DNA of 64,000 nt from Porphyridium purpureum (lineage: Eukaryota): contig VRMN01000004.1 in assembly GCA_008690995.1 (NCBI GenBank), positions 1 through 64,000 of the forward strand. The letters are read 5' to 3'. The notes below the pieces were generated by a model. The model saw nothing but the letters and a program-made list of their open reading frames with translations, had not been told where the DNA came from and did not search any database. A program made the position numbers and the translations under genes. Positions 41,292 to 52,345 of this stretch are shown one piece after another (within the stretch, counting starts at the first letter, position 1; each line of letters starts with the position of its first letter).

Positions 41292-42989
41292 ATGTCCGAT
41301 TCACAAGCGGTAGCTGCGCCCCCGATGGATACCTTGCAGGACGAGTTTGGCGCATCGAGAACGAAATCATCGGCGTCCTCGGTCGGCAAAGCGCTGGAGG
41401 ACATCGGCATCTCGGTCCTGGAGCACTCGCATGTCGTCACGCACGAGGCCAAGCTCTTAATGGGCATATTTGAATTGCAGGTGACTGCTTCTCCTGGTAG
41501 CCAGCACGCCGGTGATGGCGCGCATGAGAATGGCGCCATGAAGCGGAACGCTCGCAGCAGCGTCGCCAAAACAGCACGCGCGAAACGAGTATTGTGTCTT
41601 CAAGGTGCGCAGCTCTCTGCGCTGCTTCCGCGCTCGTTTCTAAATGGAGCATCTGGGCCAGCTCCACAAGAGCAGAAGAAGCTGCAGAAAGTCGCAGCTG
41701 ACCCGAGTTCGCGCGCCCTGGCAGTCCTCAACGAGTACTACCGTCTCTGGGAGTTTAGCTTGCGTGAAAAGGAGGTAAGGCTTCTCCCGGGCCGCCAGTT
41801 GCCGGACGGAAACGAGCAGGTGGGTGGTATCCAGTGGCAGTCAAGCTGCAAGACACGCACGTACTCGTACATGCTTGTGGCTCGCCCGAGCGCAGACGAC
41901 GCCCTCACGCTTTTGAACCTCACAGACGTTGGCGACGCTGTCTTTAGCTTTGACGAGTGGGCAGCGGAACTGTCGAACGCAGCACGTGCAGATGTGGAGC
42001 ACTATTATACTATTGGACGCAAAATCGGCTCGGGCGCTTTCGCACATGTTTATCTTGCCACGAGCCGAGTCACGGGCACGGCATACGCGCTCAAGGAAAT
42101 CGACATGACGCACGAAATGAACAAGCCAGAGCTTGTGATGGCCGAGATTTTGGTGATGCGCAGCGTGTGTCATCCGCGGCTCGTTCAGATGCATGATGTT
42201 TTCGAGCGCCCGGACAAGGTGCAAGTTGTCGTCGAGTACATGGCGGGAGGCGAACTCTATGACCGCATCGCCGAGCTTGGCGGCAAGGGATTTTCCGAGC
42301 GAAACGCACAGGCGGTGTTTCGAGAAATTCTGCAAGGCGTCGAATACCTGCACCGCCACCGCATCGTGCATCGAGACCTCAAGCCCGAGAATGTGCTGTG
42401 CACCGGCACCGAGTGGCCGCTGCAGGTCAAACTGTGCGACTTTGGGCTATCCAGCATGACGTGTCACGCGGTGGGACCTGAGCTCGTCGGTGCGGATCAA
42501 GCCGAGGGTGACGGACAGGACAGCGACCCACCAGAGCGCAAGATTGTGGGCACAGCCAACTATGTGGCCCCTGAAACTGCGCGACGCGAGATGTCTGGCG
42601 CGCCAGCAGACATGTGGGCGTGCGGGGTGGTTTTGTTTGTCATTCTTTCAGGGAAGCTGCCGTTCAACGGCAAGTCGGAGGAAGACGTGATCAAGAAAGT
42701 TGCCGCGGCGAAATTCACGATGCCACCGCGCGAATGGCGCGGAATCTCGCCGGCCGCCAAGTCTCTTGTGCTGAGCCTCATGAACGCAGACCCGCGCAAG
42801 CGGCTGTCGGCGTCCGGCGCGCTGCAACACGCGTGGCTGCAGACCGAAACCAGCGACGCGCCTATTGGGAACGACATGTCAGACCTCGGGAGCGGGCGGC
42901 GCAAGTTCCGCAAGGCGTTTCTCGGCGTGTCGTCGCTGGGCCGCCTCAAAGTGCTCTTCGCATCCCAAGACAACCCACCCGAGACCTGA
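41292..42989 (+). CDS. CAMK-group Ser/Thr protein kinase with a divergent PH-like N-terminus
   Basis: GSGAFAHV, YALK, HRDLKPEN, DFG, APE, DMWACG; tail RRKFRKAFLGV. Confidence 0.92.
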   Translation: MSDSQAVAAPPMDTLQDEFGASRTKSSASSVGKALEDIGISVLEHSHVVTHEAKLLMGIFELQVTASPGSQHAGDGAHENGAMKRNARSSVAKTARAKRVLCLQGAQLSALLPRSFLNGASGPAPQEQKKLQKVAADPSSRALAVLNEYYRLWEFSLREKEVRLLPGRQLPDGNEQVGGIQWQSSCKTRTYSYMLVARPSADDALTLLNLTDVGDAVFSFDEWAAELSNAARADVEHYYTIGRKIGSGAFAHVYLATSRVTGTAYALKEIDMTHEMNKPELVMAEILVMRSVCHPRLVQMHDVFERPDKVQVVVEYMAGGELYDRIAELGGKGFSERNAQAVFREILQGVEYLHRHRIVHRDLKPENVLCTGTEWPLQVKLCDFGLSSMTCHAVGPELVGADQAEGDGQDSDPPERKIVGTANYVAPETARREMSGAPADMWACGVVLFVILSGKLPFNGKSEEDVIKKVAAAKFTMPPREWRGISPAAKSLVLSLMNADPRKRLSASGALQHAWLQTETSDAPIGNDMSDLGSGRRKFRKAFLGVSSLGRLKVLFASQDNPPET

Positions 42990-43418
42990 TCACCATGTGT
43001 AAAAGACACCAGCGCCACAGTACCTCCCTGTAACCGATAAACCAATAAACCAATAAACCGAAGAGCCGAAAGTGGATGCGTGCGTGCGGGTGTTCTGAAT
43101 AGAAACGCGCTCGATGCACGTTGCTAGCCAAACGCGCGTCATTTATGGGGCGTCGCGTCGCTCACTGAAATCGATGCGTTTTTGCGATTTCGCGCGGACC
43201 GATATTTTTGGCGTGGCCAGGCTTTCGGGCGGTACAGTGGATGGATTACCTCGTGGTAGGGAAAAAGCTGCGTGGAAAGTCGTTCGCCTCTGTCGCTTGT
43301 GCAGCGTCTGTTGCCATTGGCGTTGCTGCGCGTGCGGCTTCTGCTGCTGGTGGTTAGGAGGACGGACGGTTGCCAGAGTCAGGCTGGTGCGCGCTGCACT
43401 CGCTCACGTCGGTCTGAC

Positions 43419-45466
43419 ATGGCGCTGGTGATGTGCGCGTTTGCGCCGCTGATGCCGCCGCAGGCCGTGCGCACTGGCGCGCGCAGGCGCCGGCGCGCGG
43501 TGGTGGCACGCTCTGCCCGGCAGATAGCGCCGCTGCAGGCACGCTGCGGCTCGGCCCGGTCGGTGGGTTTGCAGTGCGCACGCGCGGGAAAGTTGCCTTG
43601 TACGACCGGCCAAGAGGCGTGCGGAAAGGTGCGGCGGCCATTCCTCGCGCGTGCGCGCCCACAGAGGATGCGCAGGGCGAATCGCCAGCCACCGCGGTGA
43701 CGTCGTGGCAAGAGCGTGTCAAGGGTGCGGCAAAGGGATTTGCCGTGTTCTCGGCGGGAATGCTGGTTGGTGTGGGGTTGCTGGTTGGCATCTCACTCGT
43801 GGAAATAAGCTCGGATGGGGCGCTGGGCGATTCCGCAATCGACGCCCACCAGGCCGAGCTGCGCCAAAAAATGCAGCTGTTCGATTTAATTCTGAGTGAC
43901 ATTGATACAGCATACGTCGACCCGATCAACCCGGAAAAGCTGTTCGAGACCGGCGTGAACGCCATGCTCGGGAGCCTCGACCCATACACCCAGTTTGAGA
44001 ACGTGAGCGAAAATCAGGAGCTGCAGCTTCGCACTTCGGGGCGGTATGGAGGCATAGGGCTGGGCATCGGCGTCGATGTGCGCAACGGGTCCGACATTTT
44101 GGTGATGTCTGCGTTTGAAGGCTACGCGTACGATGCCGGTCTGCGACCTGGCGACCGCCTGATCAGTATTAATGACACGCTGGTGAACGGCGCGAACCTG
44201 CAGCAAACCACCGAACGGTTGCGTGGTGCGCCTGGATCGACCGTGCGTGTGCAAGTACAACGCCCGGGCGTACCCGAGCCGCTCGCCTTCCAGCTGGAAC
44301 GCAAGCGTGTGATGCTGCGCGACGTTCCCACAACAGCATACATAGGCTCGGAGACAAACCGCGTGGGCTACATCCGACTGCAGTCTTTTGCGCGCAACGC
44401 TGGTCTGGAAGTGCGTAGCGCACTGCAAGCGCTCAAGGCGGGTGGCAAATTCAACGCGCTCGTTCTCGACCTGCGCGGTAACCCGGGAGGTTTGCTGGAC
44501 GGTGCCGTCGAGGTTGCGGAGCAGTTTGTGCCCAAGGGCTCTACCATTGTAACCACGCGCGGGCGCGCCTTGGGTGATCAAGCTTACGTAACCTCGCGCG
44601 ATCCAATATTCCCCCAGGGGACGCCGTTGGTGGTACTGGTGGACGGCAACTCGGCGTCAGCTTCCGAAATTGTGGCCGGCGCGCTCCAGGACCTCGACAT
44701 TGGCGTGGTTGTGGGCTCGCGAACGTATGGAAAGGGTCTCATCCAGAATATCCAGACGCTGCCCTATTCGACCTCGCTGCGTTTCACCGTAGGCCGCTAC
44801 TACACGCCGAGTGGGCGATGCATTCAAGCTTTGAATTACAAAGACGGCGCAGCCGGGGCCAAGAAATATGCCGACGGCGAGCGCAAGGAGTTCCGCACAC
44901 GGAACGGCCGTGTCGTTCGCGACGCTGGCGGCATTGAACCGGACCTTATTGTGGAAGCGCCAAAGGTTTCGGACCTTGAAGCATCGCTGTTTAAGCAAGG
45001 TGCGTTCTTGTCATTTGCCGATAAGTTTGCGGAAAAGCACCCCAATGGTCCTGGTCCAAACTGGGCGGGCGTGGACGACGCGCTCTACAATGAATTTAAG
45101 CAGTTTGTCCTTCAGAACAAAACCAAGCTTGAGTCGCGCTTTGACGAAACGCTCGCAGAGCTGACTCGCAACTTGAGCGAGGCCGGCTACACCAATACAA
45201 GCGAAGAAATGGAAACGCTGCGCAACCTGACACACAAGGACATGATGGCGTACTTTGCATCGGAGAGGCGTCTGATTTCACGCGACCTGCAGCACCACAT
45301 TCTTATGCGGTTTGAGCCCGAGTCGCAGTGGCTGTTGGACGATCTCAAGTATGATAACCAGGTCGCGGAGGCACTGCGGCTGCTGAGCGATGGCGACCAG
45401 TATGCGGCGCTTCTTAGGGCGCCAGACGCTGCTTCCAATGTTGCTCTAAACGTGACACAGTTATGA
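43419..45466 (+). CDS. S41 C-terminal processing protease (CtpA/Prc-like) with PDZ domain; 5' end needs an indel or intron
   Basis: LDPYTQF, YGGIGLGI (PDZ), LDLRGNPGGLL, SASASEIVAGALQD, TYGKGLIQ, YYTPSGRCIQ. The transit-peptide-like ATG at 43419 (MALVMCAFAP) is out of frame with the main ORF (43433 onward). Confidence 0.88.
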
Positions 45467-45699
45467 GTGGCTAATGACCAAGTGATCCGTAAAGTATATA
45501 TAAACCTCGAGAGACTTTTCCTGCTCATCAGCATTTTTTTATAATTTTTTTTGGTTGGCCCTCCCTTAATCCGCTTTTCGTGTCTATTTGCACATTCCCT
45601 ATCCTCATATACGAGCGCCATGGCTGCATTTATGCGAGACCGCCGCGATCCGATCATCGCGACAGCTCAACGCATAAGAATCGTCCAAGAAGGGCGATT

Positions 45700-46428
45700 T
45701 CATTTCCCGGGCCATTGCTGCCAGCAGCCAATCACAGACGAAATCACACCGCACGCGCCCGTAAGCGACGGCGAGAACTGCTGCTTGGGAAGCTGTGTCA
45801 TGCTGTACGAAATGGGCAGGTCTAGCACTGAGCGAGACAAGTCGAGCATGCACAGGCGCTGCTGCTTCTCGACGAGCTTCATCTCGGCGCGTGCCGGTTC
45901 CCCGACTTGCGATGCGTCTGCCTTGGCGCGCGATTCTGCGGCTTGCTCCTGAAGCTGTCTGAGCATGAGCAGTTTTACCACAACATTGAGAACAGAATTC
46001 AAGAACCAGAAGCGGCCGGCACGCCTGGAAAACTGTGCGGCGTCGCCGCGTGCAAACAGCTTTGCCTTGCACAGCCAACTCATATTGTCCAACACGAACC
46101 ACATTGCGATGGCTAGGTCAGCCAGCGACTGGATGACGTCGACCAGCGCGCCGTGGTCGACGCGGTACACCATGTTGGCGGCGAGCACGTTCAGAAACTT
46201 GAAGAGCCGGAACGTCTGGCGCGACGACGACAGCGTCATCTCCACGTGCAGCGCGGTCTGCTGCACAGAAACGCTTCCACTGGTCCCGCGCACCAGCCGC
46301 GCCAAAAACTGCAAGAGACGAAACAGCTTGTCGCGCCCGTTGGTCTTTCCGAGGAACGCGGCGCACGCGCGGCACTGCGACTCGAACGTCGCGCGCGACA
46401 CCAGCGTCTGAGCCGTCTGCACCTCCAT
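45700..46428 (-). CDS. PEX11: Peroxisomal membrane protein PEX11 family
   Basis: FLGKTNGRDKLFRLLQF, SSSRQTFRLFK, and the C-terminal GACGVISSVIGCWQQW. Confidence 0.88.
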   Translation of the reverse strand: MEVQTAQTLVSRATFESQCRACAAFLGKTNGRDKLFRLLQFLARLVRGTSGSVSVQQTALHVEMTLSSSRQTFRLFKFLNVLAANMVYRVDHGALVDVIQSLADLAIAMWFVLDNMSWLCKAKLFARGDAAQFSRRAGRFWFLNSVLNVVVKLLMLRQLQEQAAESRAKADASQVGEPARAEMKLVEKQQRLCMLDLSRSVLDLPISYSMTQLPKQQFSPSLTGACGVISSVIGCWQQWPGK

Positions 46429-46651
46429 TGTTTGTTCCTAACCGCACGAAGCACGTGCTGACTCGCTACCTGAATGCGACACACAGCCGTAAAGCGCGCG
46501 CGGTCCGTTCCGTTCCCGCGAGAACCAGTCAGCGAGCGCCCAACACCCACATCGAGTTCTAGCTTCCTCCTCCTCCTCGCCCTTCGCCCTTATGACATGG
46601 TGTGTTCCAGCCGCGGCTGCGCACTCGCGGCTCAATCACGCGCACCGTGAG

Positions 46652-46826
46652 GTACAGTCGCTGAACATAGGGTTCCCTCAACACTGAAATTAGGGTTGTG
46701 GCACTGTACTTTCGTCACTGTACCTGAACCGAAGAGAGGGAGAAGCGAGGGTGTACAGTGATGCCAGGCACTGTACTTTGCGGAACCCTAGTGGGATGGC
46801 AAGCGGTGCGGGAGGGGACTAGGGTT
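46652..46826. promoter_or_regulatory. Divergent promoter with five GTACAGT sites and telo-box-like TAGGGTT/AACCCTA motifs
   Basis: GTACAG/CTGTAC at 46652, 46704, 46718, 46753 and 46771; TAGGGTT/AACCCTA at ~46668, 46691, 46784 and 46820. Confidence 0.55.
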
Positions 46827-47025
46827 AATGAGGTACGCGAACTGAACCTTGCGGGAGAGGGAGCGGGGCGGGTTTGGGTTGGCATGTGCGCGGCGTGCTT
46901 GTTGAGCGGCGTGGGTGGGGTGGGTGGGGACGGGTTTTGGTTCTGATGAGCTGGCCGTGCGCATTGCTTGCGCTCGTGTTGCTCGGGTCGCGTCAACACG
47001 CGCAGCGCGCATCGAGCCGCTCCAC

Positions 47026-50000
47026 ATGACGCGCGCGTGGCGGTCGCCCAGCGCCACGTTTGCGCGCGCCGTCAGGAGCGCGCGATCAGCCGCGCCGCCG
47101 TGGCCTGCGGTGTCTCTGCGGCCATGTTCGACCGCGCCGGCGGAAGCTTCACGCAAAGCAAAAAGCAAGGAGCGCGCGCTTCAGCGCGCGCTCGGCGTCC
47201 GGCTCGGCTCCAGCGCCGGTGCCGCCTCCGCATCGCCACCTCGCGCAAGCGACAACGTGCTGGCGCAAGTAGAGGAGCAGTCGGGCGTCGTTATGGACAG
47301 CGTGTTCCAGATGACCCAGCTCGGAAAGCCGTACGCCCCTCAACTGCACCCGATTCTGTCTGGCGACGCGAACCGCACCGACGTGCATGCCGGCGCGCGG
47401 TGGGATTGCGACATCGCACGCTTTGCAGAAAAGGAACATCTTGGGTTTTCAAGAGATCACTCTCCAAATGCGTCAAGTGCAGACGAGTGGCCATCCAGTC
47501 TAGGTCGCGCACCGTTTCCATACACGGCCGACAGGTTTGCGGAAGACAAGGTCATGGACGGCGGCAAGTCAAGTTGGCATGCAGACCCATTCGCAGATCC
47601 GCAGCAGCACATAATGCCGGCAGATGAGCGCATTCTTCGGGCCTGGGACGCGGAGCGAGTCTTCCTGCGTTCAGAACCGCGGCATCGCGAATTTGTACGA
47701 CAATCAACCTGCAGATCGACAATCAACTTGTGGGCAGCATACGACGAAAACTTTCGCCTTTCGCCGATTGTGCCGCAGCGTGCGTTCTTGCTGCGCACAT
47801 TGGACGATAAGATTTCTGCTCGTGGCAACTCGGCTGCGAAGCGCTCGAGTAAGGTGGCACAAGCCGCGAAACAAACCGGAAGCGAATCACCAGGTCGGGA
47901 CGAGTTTGGACGGCTACGCGATCGCATCAGTTCGTGCGCCTCGCCAGTCAGCGTGGCGCGCCTGGTTGCTGATACCCTTGCGGCGCAGCGGCTCCCTGAG
48001 ACACTTGTCATGAACGCAGCATGGCACGCGCTTTTGCACCGGCGGGACGCGTTGCAGGCCATGGAGGCACTTCAAAGCGCGCACGTCGTGCTACCCGTCC
48101 GGCTGATTGATGCGCTTCGTGTGCGTGCGGCCGCGCGGCTCTTTTCTCAACGCAAATACTCGGAAGGACTTGACCTACTGCAGAACGTTTCAGCGCTCGG
48201 CCGCCAGCAAATCGGGCTGCTCATATCGAGCTTGGCGGATCCATACGTACGCGTGGCGATGCGACTCGTGGACCGCATGGCTGTGCTGAACGACTCTACG
48301 AAATCCAGGCGAAGTCGACCCTCTCCACCGCTTCTGAACCGCATCTTGGCGCTGGCTTTGCGGCGCTCGTCTGAGCAGCGCCAGCCGTTTGCGCAGGTTC
48401 TCGCGGGCGTGCGCGAAGTCATAGCGCACCGCGCACAGCTGCAAGTGCCGTTGAATGTGCGCTCTTTTGAGCTGCTGGTGGAGCACTGCTTTACGCGCGA
48501 GGATCTCACCACGACTTTTACATTAGTACAGGAATACTTTGGCACGAGCATGCTTCCGCGTGGTGCCGTGCATGGCATACTGTGTGACGCGTTCGTCAAG
48601 CGATACCTATGGCTCGATCAGCGAGACTCGCAACGGAGCTTTTCCTCGGAAATAGCCGAGCAACCGCATCCAACTGCGGTCGTGCGCGGCGACGGCGCCG
48701 GAAGCTTAGAAGGCAATGATGTGAGCTCGGCCAAGGGCCAGACCCCACAAGCGTATGAGCAGCTCACACAAACGTCTCCCTTCGGGTTTGCTGATCAAAG
48801 CGAAACGCAGCAAGAGGCAGCCCCGGTCGAGTCAGGGCCAAGCTCTGCTGAGCCCGCGACAGAGACGCCCAAAAGTGCGGCGCGTGGGCATGTCGGCGGT
48901 GAGCCTGAGATTGATGCTCTGATGCGCGAGCACCTGAAGGAATCGATGGTTGGTCTGCTGTCCGCGCTTGTTGTGGACCCCTCCGTGCACTCAACAGCAC
49001 GGCAGGCGTCAAGCAAGTTGAACTTTCTGGTGTCATCGCACGTCTTGATTGATATGATCAAATTCTTCACGTACAATCTCGTCTCGGTGCCACCAGCGAC
49101 GTACTCGCGCATCGTTCGCCATGCGTGCCACGCAGGCGCGACTGAGGCGGTGGTGCGCATGGCGCAGCAAGGGTTGCAAAATATTCACCCGCTAAACCGC
49201 GCGACCGCGCGCGCGGTCGCAGTGTACGTGTCGAAGCGTATCGTGCCGCGCGCGTGGCGGCGACTGTCGTTTCGGTTGTTGCTGGATAGATACCGCGCCC
49301 TGTCTGCCCGCGACTTTGTCGCCTTGCTTCAGGCACTCGCGAGTATGGGGTACGCGTCGGCACGACGCTTCCACAGACTCATGGAGAACGCGATGGAGTT
49401 GCACCACATCGGCGCGCTCAGCCAAAAGCAAATGGCCATCGTGGCTACTGAGTATTTTCGTATTCTGGTTTTAAGCTCATCGGCCACCACCACTGGGAAC
49501 ATGAGCAGTCGCAGGGCCAGTATTGCACATGCGATTGATCCAGGGCGCCCCTTTCAGAAACAGGTTCCAGTTCGGCAGGAGTATGCGGCTGTGGCCTCGG
49601 ATGCCGCAACGGAAGCTGGACTGTGGCGTTTTGTCGATACGCAGCGTCTGATGGGCCGCATTTTCCGCTCCCCGCAGGCTTTTCAGCCGCAGTATGGTCT
49701 TGACAGCCATTTAATCAGCAAGCGTTCATTCGCACCGCTTCAGGGCGTGTTGCAGCTCGTATCCGAGCCGCAGAACATTCAAATGCTGATGGCGTGTGGT
49801 GAGAAGCCCGTCGAGCACACGGATGCGCAAGACGTATTCGACAACCTCCAGGTAACTGCCGCGCCGACCTCTGGTGCGGACGCGCTGCGCGAGGCCGAGC
49901 TCGTGCACACCTTGCAGGTCGCAATCATGGACCACCTGAACTGGATGCGCGGCGAAGAGGTGCGTGTACGCGGTCTGCACAATGAGCTTGGGTTTGATAT

Positions 50001-50280
50001 TGGCATCGGGGACTCTGCGCAGCTCGTGCGGCTCAGCAGCAGCGAGCCTGCGGTACGGGCCGCGGAGCTCGACCTTGCCTCTCTGCACGCACTGGCGGCG
50101 CGTCACTCAGATCCTCAGCATTTCAATTTTGTCCGTAGAACTGAGCTACCGCGTCTCGCCTTGGCCGCCGCGCTGCCGCGCCTCATCCGCGTCGCGCGCG
50201 CGACGCTCGACGAACAGATTGCCGCGCTCGATGTGCGCGAGCTGCACGGCGCGTTTTCTCGTTCGCGCATGGACCATTAG
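47026..50280 (+). CDS. Large hypothetical alpha-helical protein, possibly mitochondrion-targeted and helical-repeat
   Basis: ~1085-aa uninterrupted ORF with an Arg/Ala-rich presequence-like N-terminus; family not recognised. Confidence 0.6.
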   Translation: MTRAWRSPSATFARAVRSARSAAPPWPAVSLRPCSTAPAEASRKAKSKERALQRALGVRLGSSAGAASASPPRASDNVLAQVEEQSGVVMDSVFQMTQLGKPYAPQLHPILSGDANRTDVHAGARWDCDIARFAEKEHLGFSRDHSPNASSADEWPSSLGRAPFPYTADRFAEDKVMDGGKSSWHADPFADPQQHIMPADERILRAWDAERVFLRSEPRHREFVRQSTCRSTINLWAAYDENFRLSPIVPQRAFLLRTLDDKISARGNSAAKRSSKVAQAAKQTGSESPGRDEFGRLRDRISSCASPVSVARLVADTLAAQRLPETLVMNAAWHALLHRRDALQAMEALQSAHVVLPVRLIDALRVRAAARLFSQRKYSEGLDLLQNVSALGRQQIGLLISSLADPYVRVAMRLVDRMAVLNDSTKSRRSRPSPPLLNRILALALRRSSEQRQPFAQVLAGVREVIAHRAQLQVPLNVRSFELLVEHCFTREDLTTTFTLVQEYFGTSMLPRGAVHGILCDAFVKRYLWLDQRDSQRSFSSEIAEQPHPTAVVRGDGAGSLEGNDVSSAKGQTPQAYEQLTQTSPFGFADQSETQQEAAPVESGPSSAEPATETPKSAARGHVGGEPEIDALMREHLKESMVGLLSALVVDPSVHSTARQASSKLNFLVSSHVLIDMIKFFTYNLVSVPPATYSRIVRHACHAGATEAVVRMAQQGLQNIHPLNRATARAVAVYVSKRIVPRAWRRLSFRLLLDRYRALSARDFVALLQALASMGYASARRFHRLMENAMELHHIGALSQKQMAIVATEYFRILVLSSSATTTGNMSSRRASIAHAIDPGRPFQKQVPVRQEYAAVASDAATEAGLWRFVDTQRLMGRIFRSPQAFQPQYGLDSHLISKRSFAPLQGVLQLVSEPQNIQMLMACGEKPVEHTDAQDVFDNLQVTAAPTSGADALREAELVHTLQVAIMDHLNWMRGEEVRVRGLHNELGFDIGIGDSAQLVRLSSSEPAVRAAELDLASLHALAARHSDPQHFNFVRRTELPRLALAAALPRLIRVARATLDEQIAALDVRELHGAFSRSRMDH

Positions 50281-50365
50281 CGCCATTAAACCGTTATCTA
50301 TTTAAATGAATCACTGAAAGGGAAATGAGGAGCAAGAGAAGAACGAGGGACAACGCGGACGTGCC

Positions 50366-51481
50366 ATGGTGTTTCGGGATCGCACGTCGTTGTTTCTGCG
50401 GCTTCGCGGGGAGGCGCGCGCGTATGACGCGGCACGACGCGTTGCAACGCAGAAGCAGCAGCGGCAGCGCTCCGCTTTGCGCGTCGGCGGGCACGAATAC
50501 AGCGCGGTGAGTCAGGGTCAGGGCAGCCGTCGCGACCACCACGATGCACACAACGACGACTTCTTGATAGAGATGGACTCGCTGGAGAGTGACGGACGCA
50601 GTGGCAGCGGCGGTGATCCTCTTGACAGCACAGGTGACGCGGCCCCAGAGTGGGTGCGTACCTGCGACGAGCTGCGGGCGGATATGTCACATGTGCGCGA
50701 GCAAATCGCACAGCTTCAAGCGCTGCACAATGTGCACCTTTTGCCTGGCTTTGGCGAGGAAGACAAGCTGATTGAGGAGGAAAATATTAACCAGTTGGCC
50801 GGTGAAATCACTCGCAGCTTGCGCACCAGCGAGCAAAAGGTTAAAAGGCTGGGAGGCTTGTATCTTGCGCCGAATTCTTCCGGCCGGAGCGACGTCGTGG
50901 ATGGCCACGCACCCGCCTCTGACGACGAGCGCGCAAGCCGCGCAATACTGGAAAGCGTGCAGAAGAGCTTTGGTGCGCAGCTGCAGGTTTTATCGATGCA
51001 GTTCCGCACAGCGCAAAAGGAATACTTGAAGCAATTGCAGGGACAAAAGGCTGTCCTGGGCATAGGCGTGGATGCAGAGGAGCAAGAGCGCGCCTTGAGA
51101 CACACGCAAACTGTGTTCCTGGATGATACGTCCACGCAGTTTCGTGAGACAGACTTTGTAACCGTACAGGCCGTCGAACATGACACCGGCGAGGAGTACG
51201 TGCAGCAGCGCGCGCGCGAGATTGACAAGGTAGTGCATAGCATTAACGATCTGGCGTACTTGATGAAGGACCTGAGTAACTTGGTCGAGGTTCAAGGAAC
51301 GATTTTGGATCGTGTCGACTACAACGTGCTTGCGGTGCGAGAGAGCACGCAAAATGCCGTCAAAGAGCTTCGGCGAGCCGAGCGCCACCACCGTAAACGA
51401 CATGGCGTCTCGTGCATTATTTGCCTTACGCTTGCGTGCGGCGTCATGGCGCTCATCCTCGTATTCAAGTGGCTTTTCTAA
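50366..51481 (+). CDS. Syntaxin-16/Tlg2/SYP4-type Qa-SNARE
   Basis: N-peptide RDRTSLF, HLLPGF, FRTAQKEYL, SNARE motif QGTILDRVDYN, C-terminal TM. Confidence 0.9.
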   Translation: MVFRDRTSLFLRLRGEARAYDAARRVATQKQQRQRSALRVGGHEYSAVSQGQGSRRDHHDAHNDDFLIEMDSLESDGRSGSGGDPLDSTGDAAPEWVRTCDELRADMSHVREQIAQLQALHNVHLLPGFGEEDKLIEEENINQLAGEITRSLRTSEQKVKRLGGLYLAPNSSGRSDVVDGHAPASDDERASRAILESVQKSFGAQLQVLSMQFRTAQKEYLKQLQGQKAVLGIGVDAEEQERALRHTQTVFLDDTSTQFRETDFVTVQAVEHDTGEEYVQQRAREIDKVVHSINDLAYLMKDLSNLVEVQGTILDRVDYNVLAVRESTQNAVKELRRAERHHRKRHGVSCIICLTLACGVMALILVFKWLF

Positions 51482-51606
51482 AGAGCGGCTTCCGGCTGTA
51501 CTCTTTCGCGTGCATGTCTGAGCCACGTGAGCCTCGTCAGCGCATGTTCATCGTTTGTCAATAGTAGAAATAAAAGTGGAATCCTGTTCAAATGTGCATG
51601 GTGAGC

Positions 51607-52179
51607 CTACTTGCCCACGAATCTAAAGAGCTGCACAGTCGCGAACAAGTCGGCTTGCGATACATAAGGGTCGAGCGCAGCCCAGCCGGCCACCTGCTCT
51701 GGCTGATCACAGTCGATGATCAGGCAGGTTCCCACACCGCCTTCCCCGCTTGGGTGCGGAAACGGCCCGATCATGCCTTTGTATGGCGAGGCTTTGAGAA
51801 ACTCGAGATGCGCTGGCCGTGTCGCCGCGCGCAACGCCACGCTGTCCGGCTTGTCGTCGCAGAGCATGACAGTGAGCACCTTTCCGGCCGCGCCCGTCGT
51901 GTGGAGCGGCGGATCAAACGTATGAATACCCACCTTCCACGGGCGCACCACCATACCTTCCAGTCCAGCCGCCGCAGCAGCTGCTTGCAGGGCCGCCGCG
52001 CTCACAGCTGTGGCGTTCTGTGCGTCAGACGCTGCCAGGACCACGGCAAGAACTTCAGGCGCTGCGTTGTCCACGCCGGCGCGATACAGCTCGCCAACGA
52101 TGCTCGCGCCCAGCACAGAGCCCACATGTGCCGCATCGCGCGTCGCGCCGCCAGCAACCCGGCACAGAAACGCGTCCAT
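51607..52179 (-). CDS. YciI-like domain protein with N-terminal extension (start uncertain)
   Basis: C-terminal MLCDDKPDSVALRAATRPAHLEFL...GP...WAALDPYVSQADLF matches YCII. Confidence 0.75.
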   Translation of the reverse strand: MDAFLCRVAGGATRDAAHVGSVLGASIVGELYRAGVDNAAPEVLAVVLAASDAQNATAVSAAALQAAAAAAGLEGMVVRPWKVGIHTFDPPLHTTGAAGKVLTVMLCDDKPDSVALRAATRPAHLEFLKASPYKGMIGPFPHPSGEGGVGTCLIIDCDQPEQVAGWAALDPYVSQADLFATVQLFRFVGK

Positions 52180-52278
52180 CGAGCTGCCACCGCGCACGCG
52201 CACACGCCAGGCCCAGGTCACTCTGTCCACGATGTCACCGCATTCGCACGTCAGCCCGCGCGCCGCCCTCTGGTTGCA

Positions 52279-52345
52279 TTAGGGTTTCTCGGAGATTAGG
52301 GTTAGGTTGGTGTTAGGGTTACCGCGGAGTAACCCTAGCGGGTTT
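52279..52345. promoter_or_regulatory. Telo-box/interstitial telomere-motif cluster in a divergent promoter
   Basis: TTAGGGTTT, TTAGGGTTAGG, TTAGGGTT and GAGTAACCCTA; includes the inverted repeat AGGGTTAC-n6-GTAACCCT. Confidence 0.55.

Noticed and set aside
52296..52306. CTAACCCTAA (minus strand) as a telomerase RNA template
   Set aside because: Sits among other telo-box motifs in a short divergent promoter; no supporting RNA structure or Pol III signals seen.
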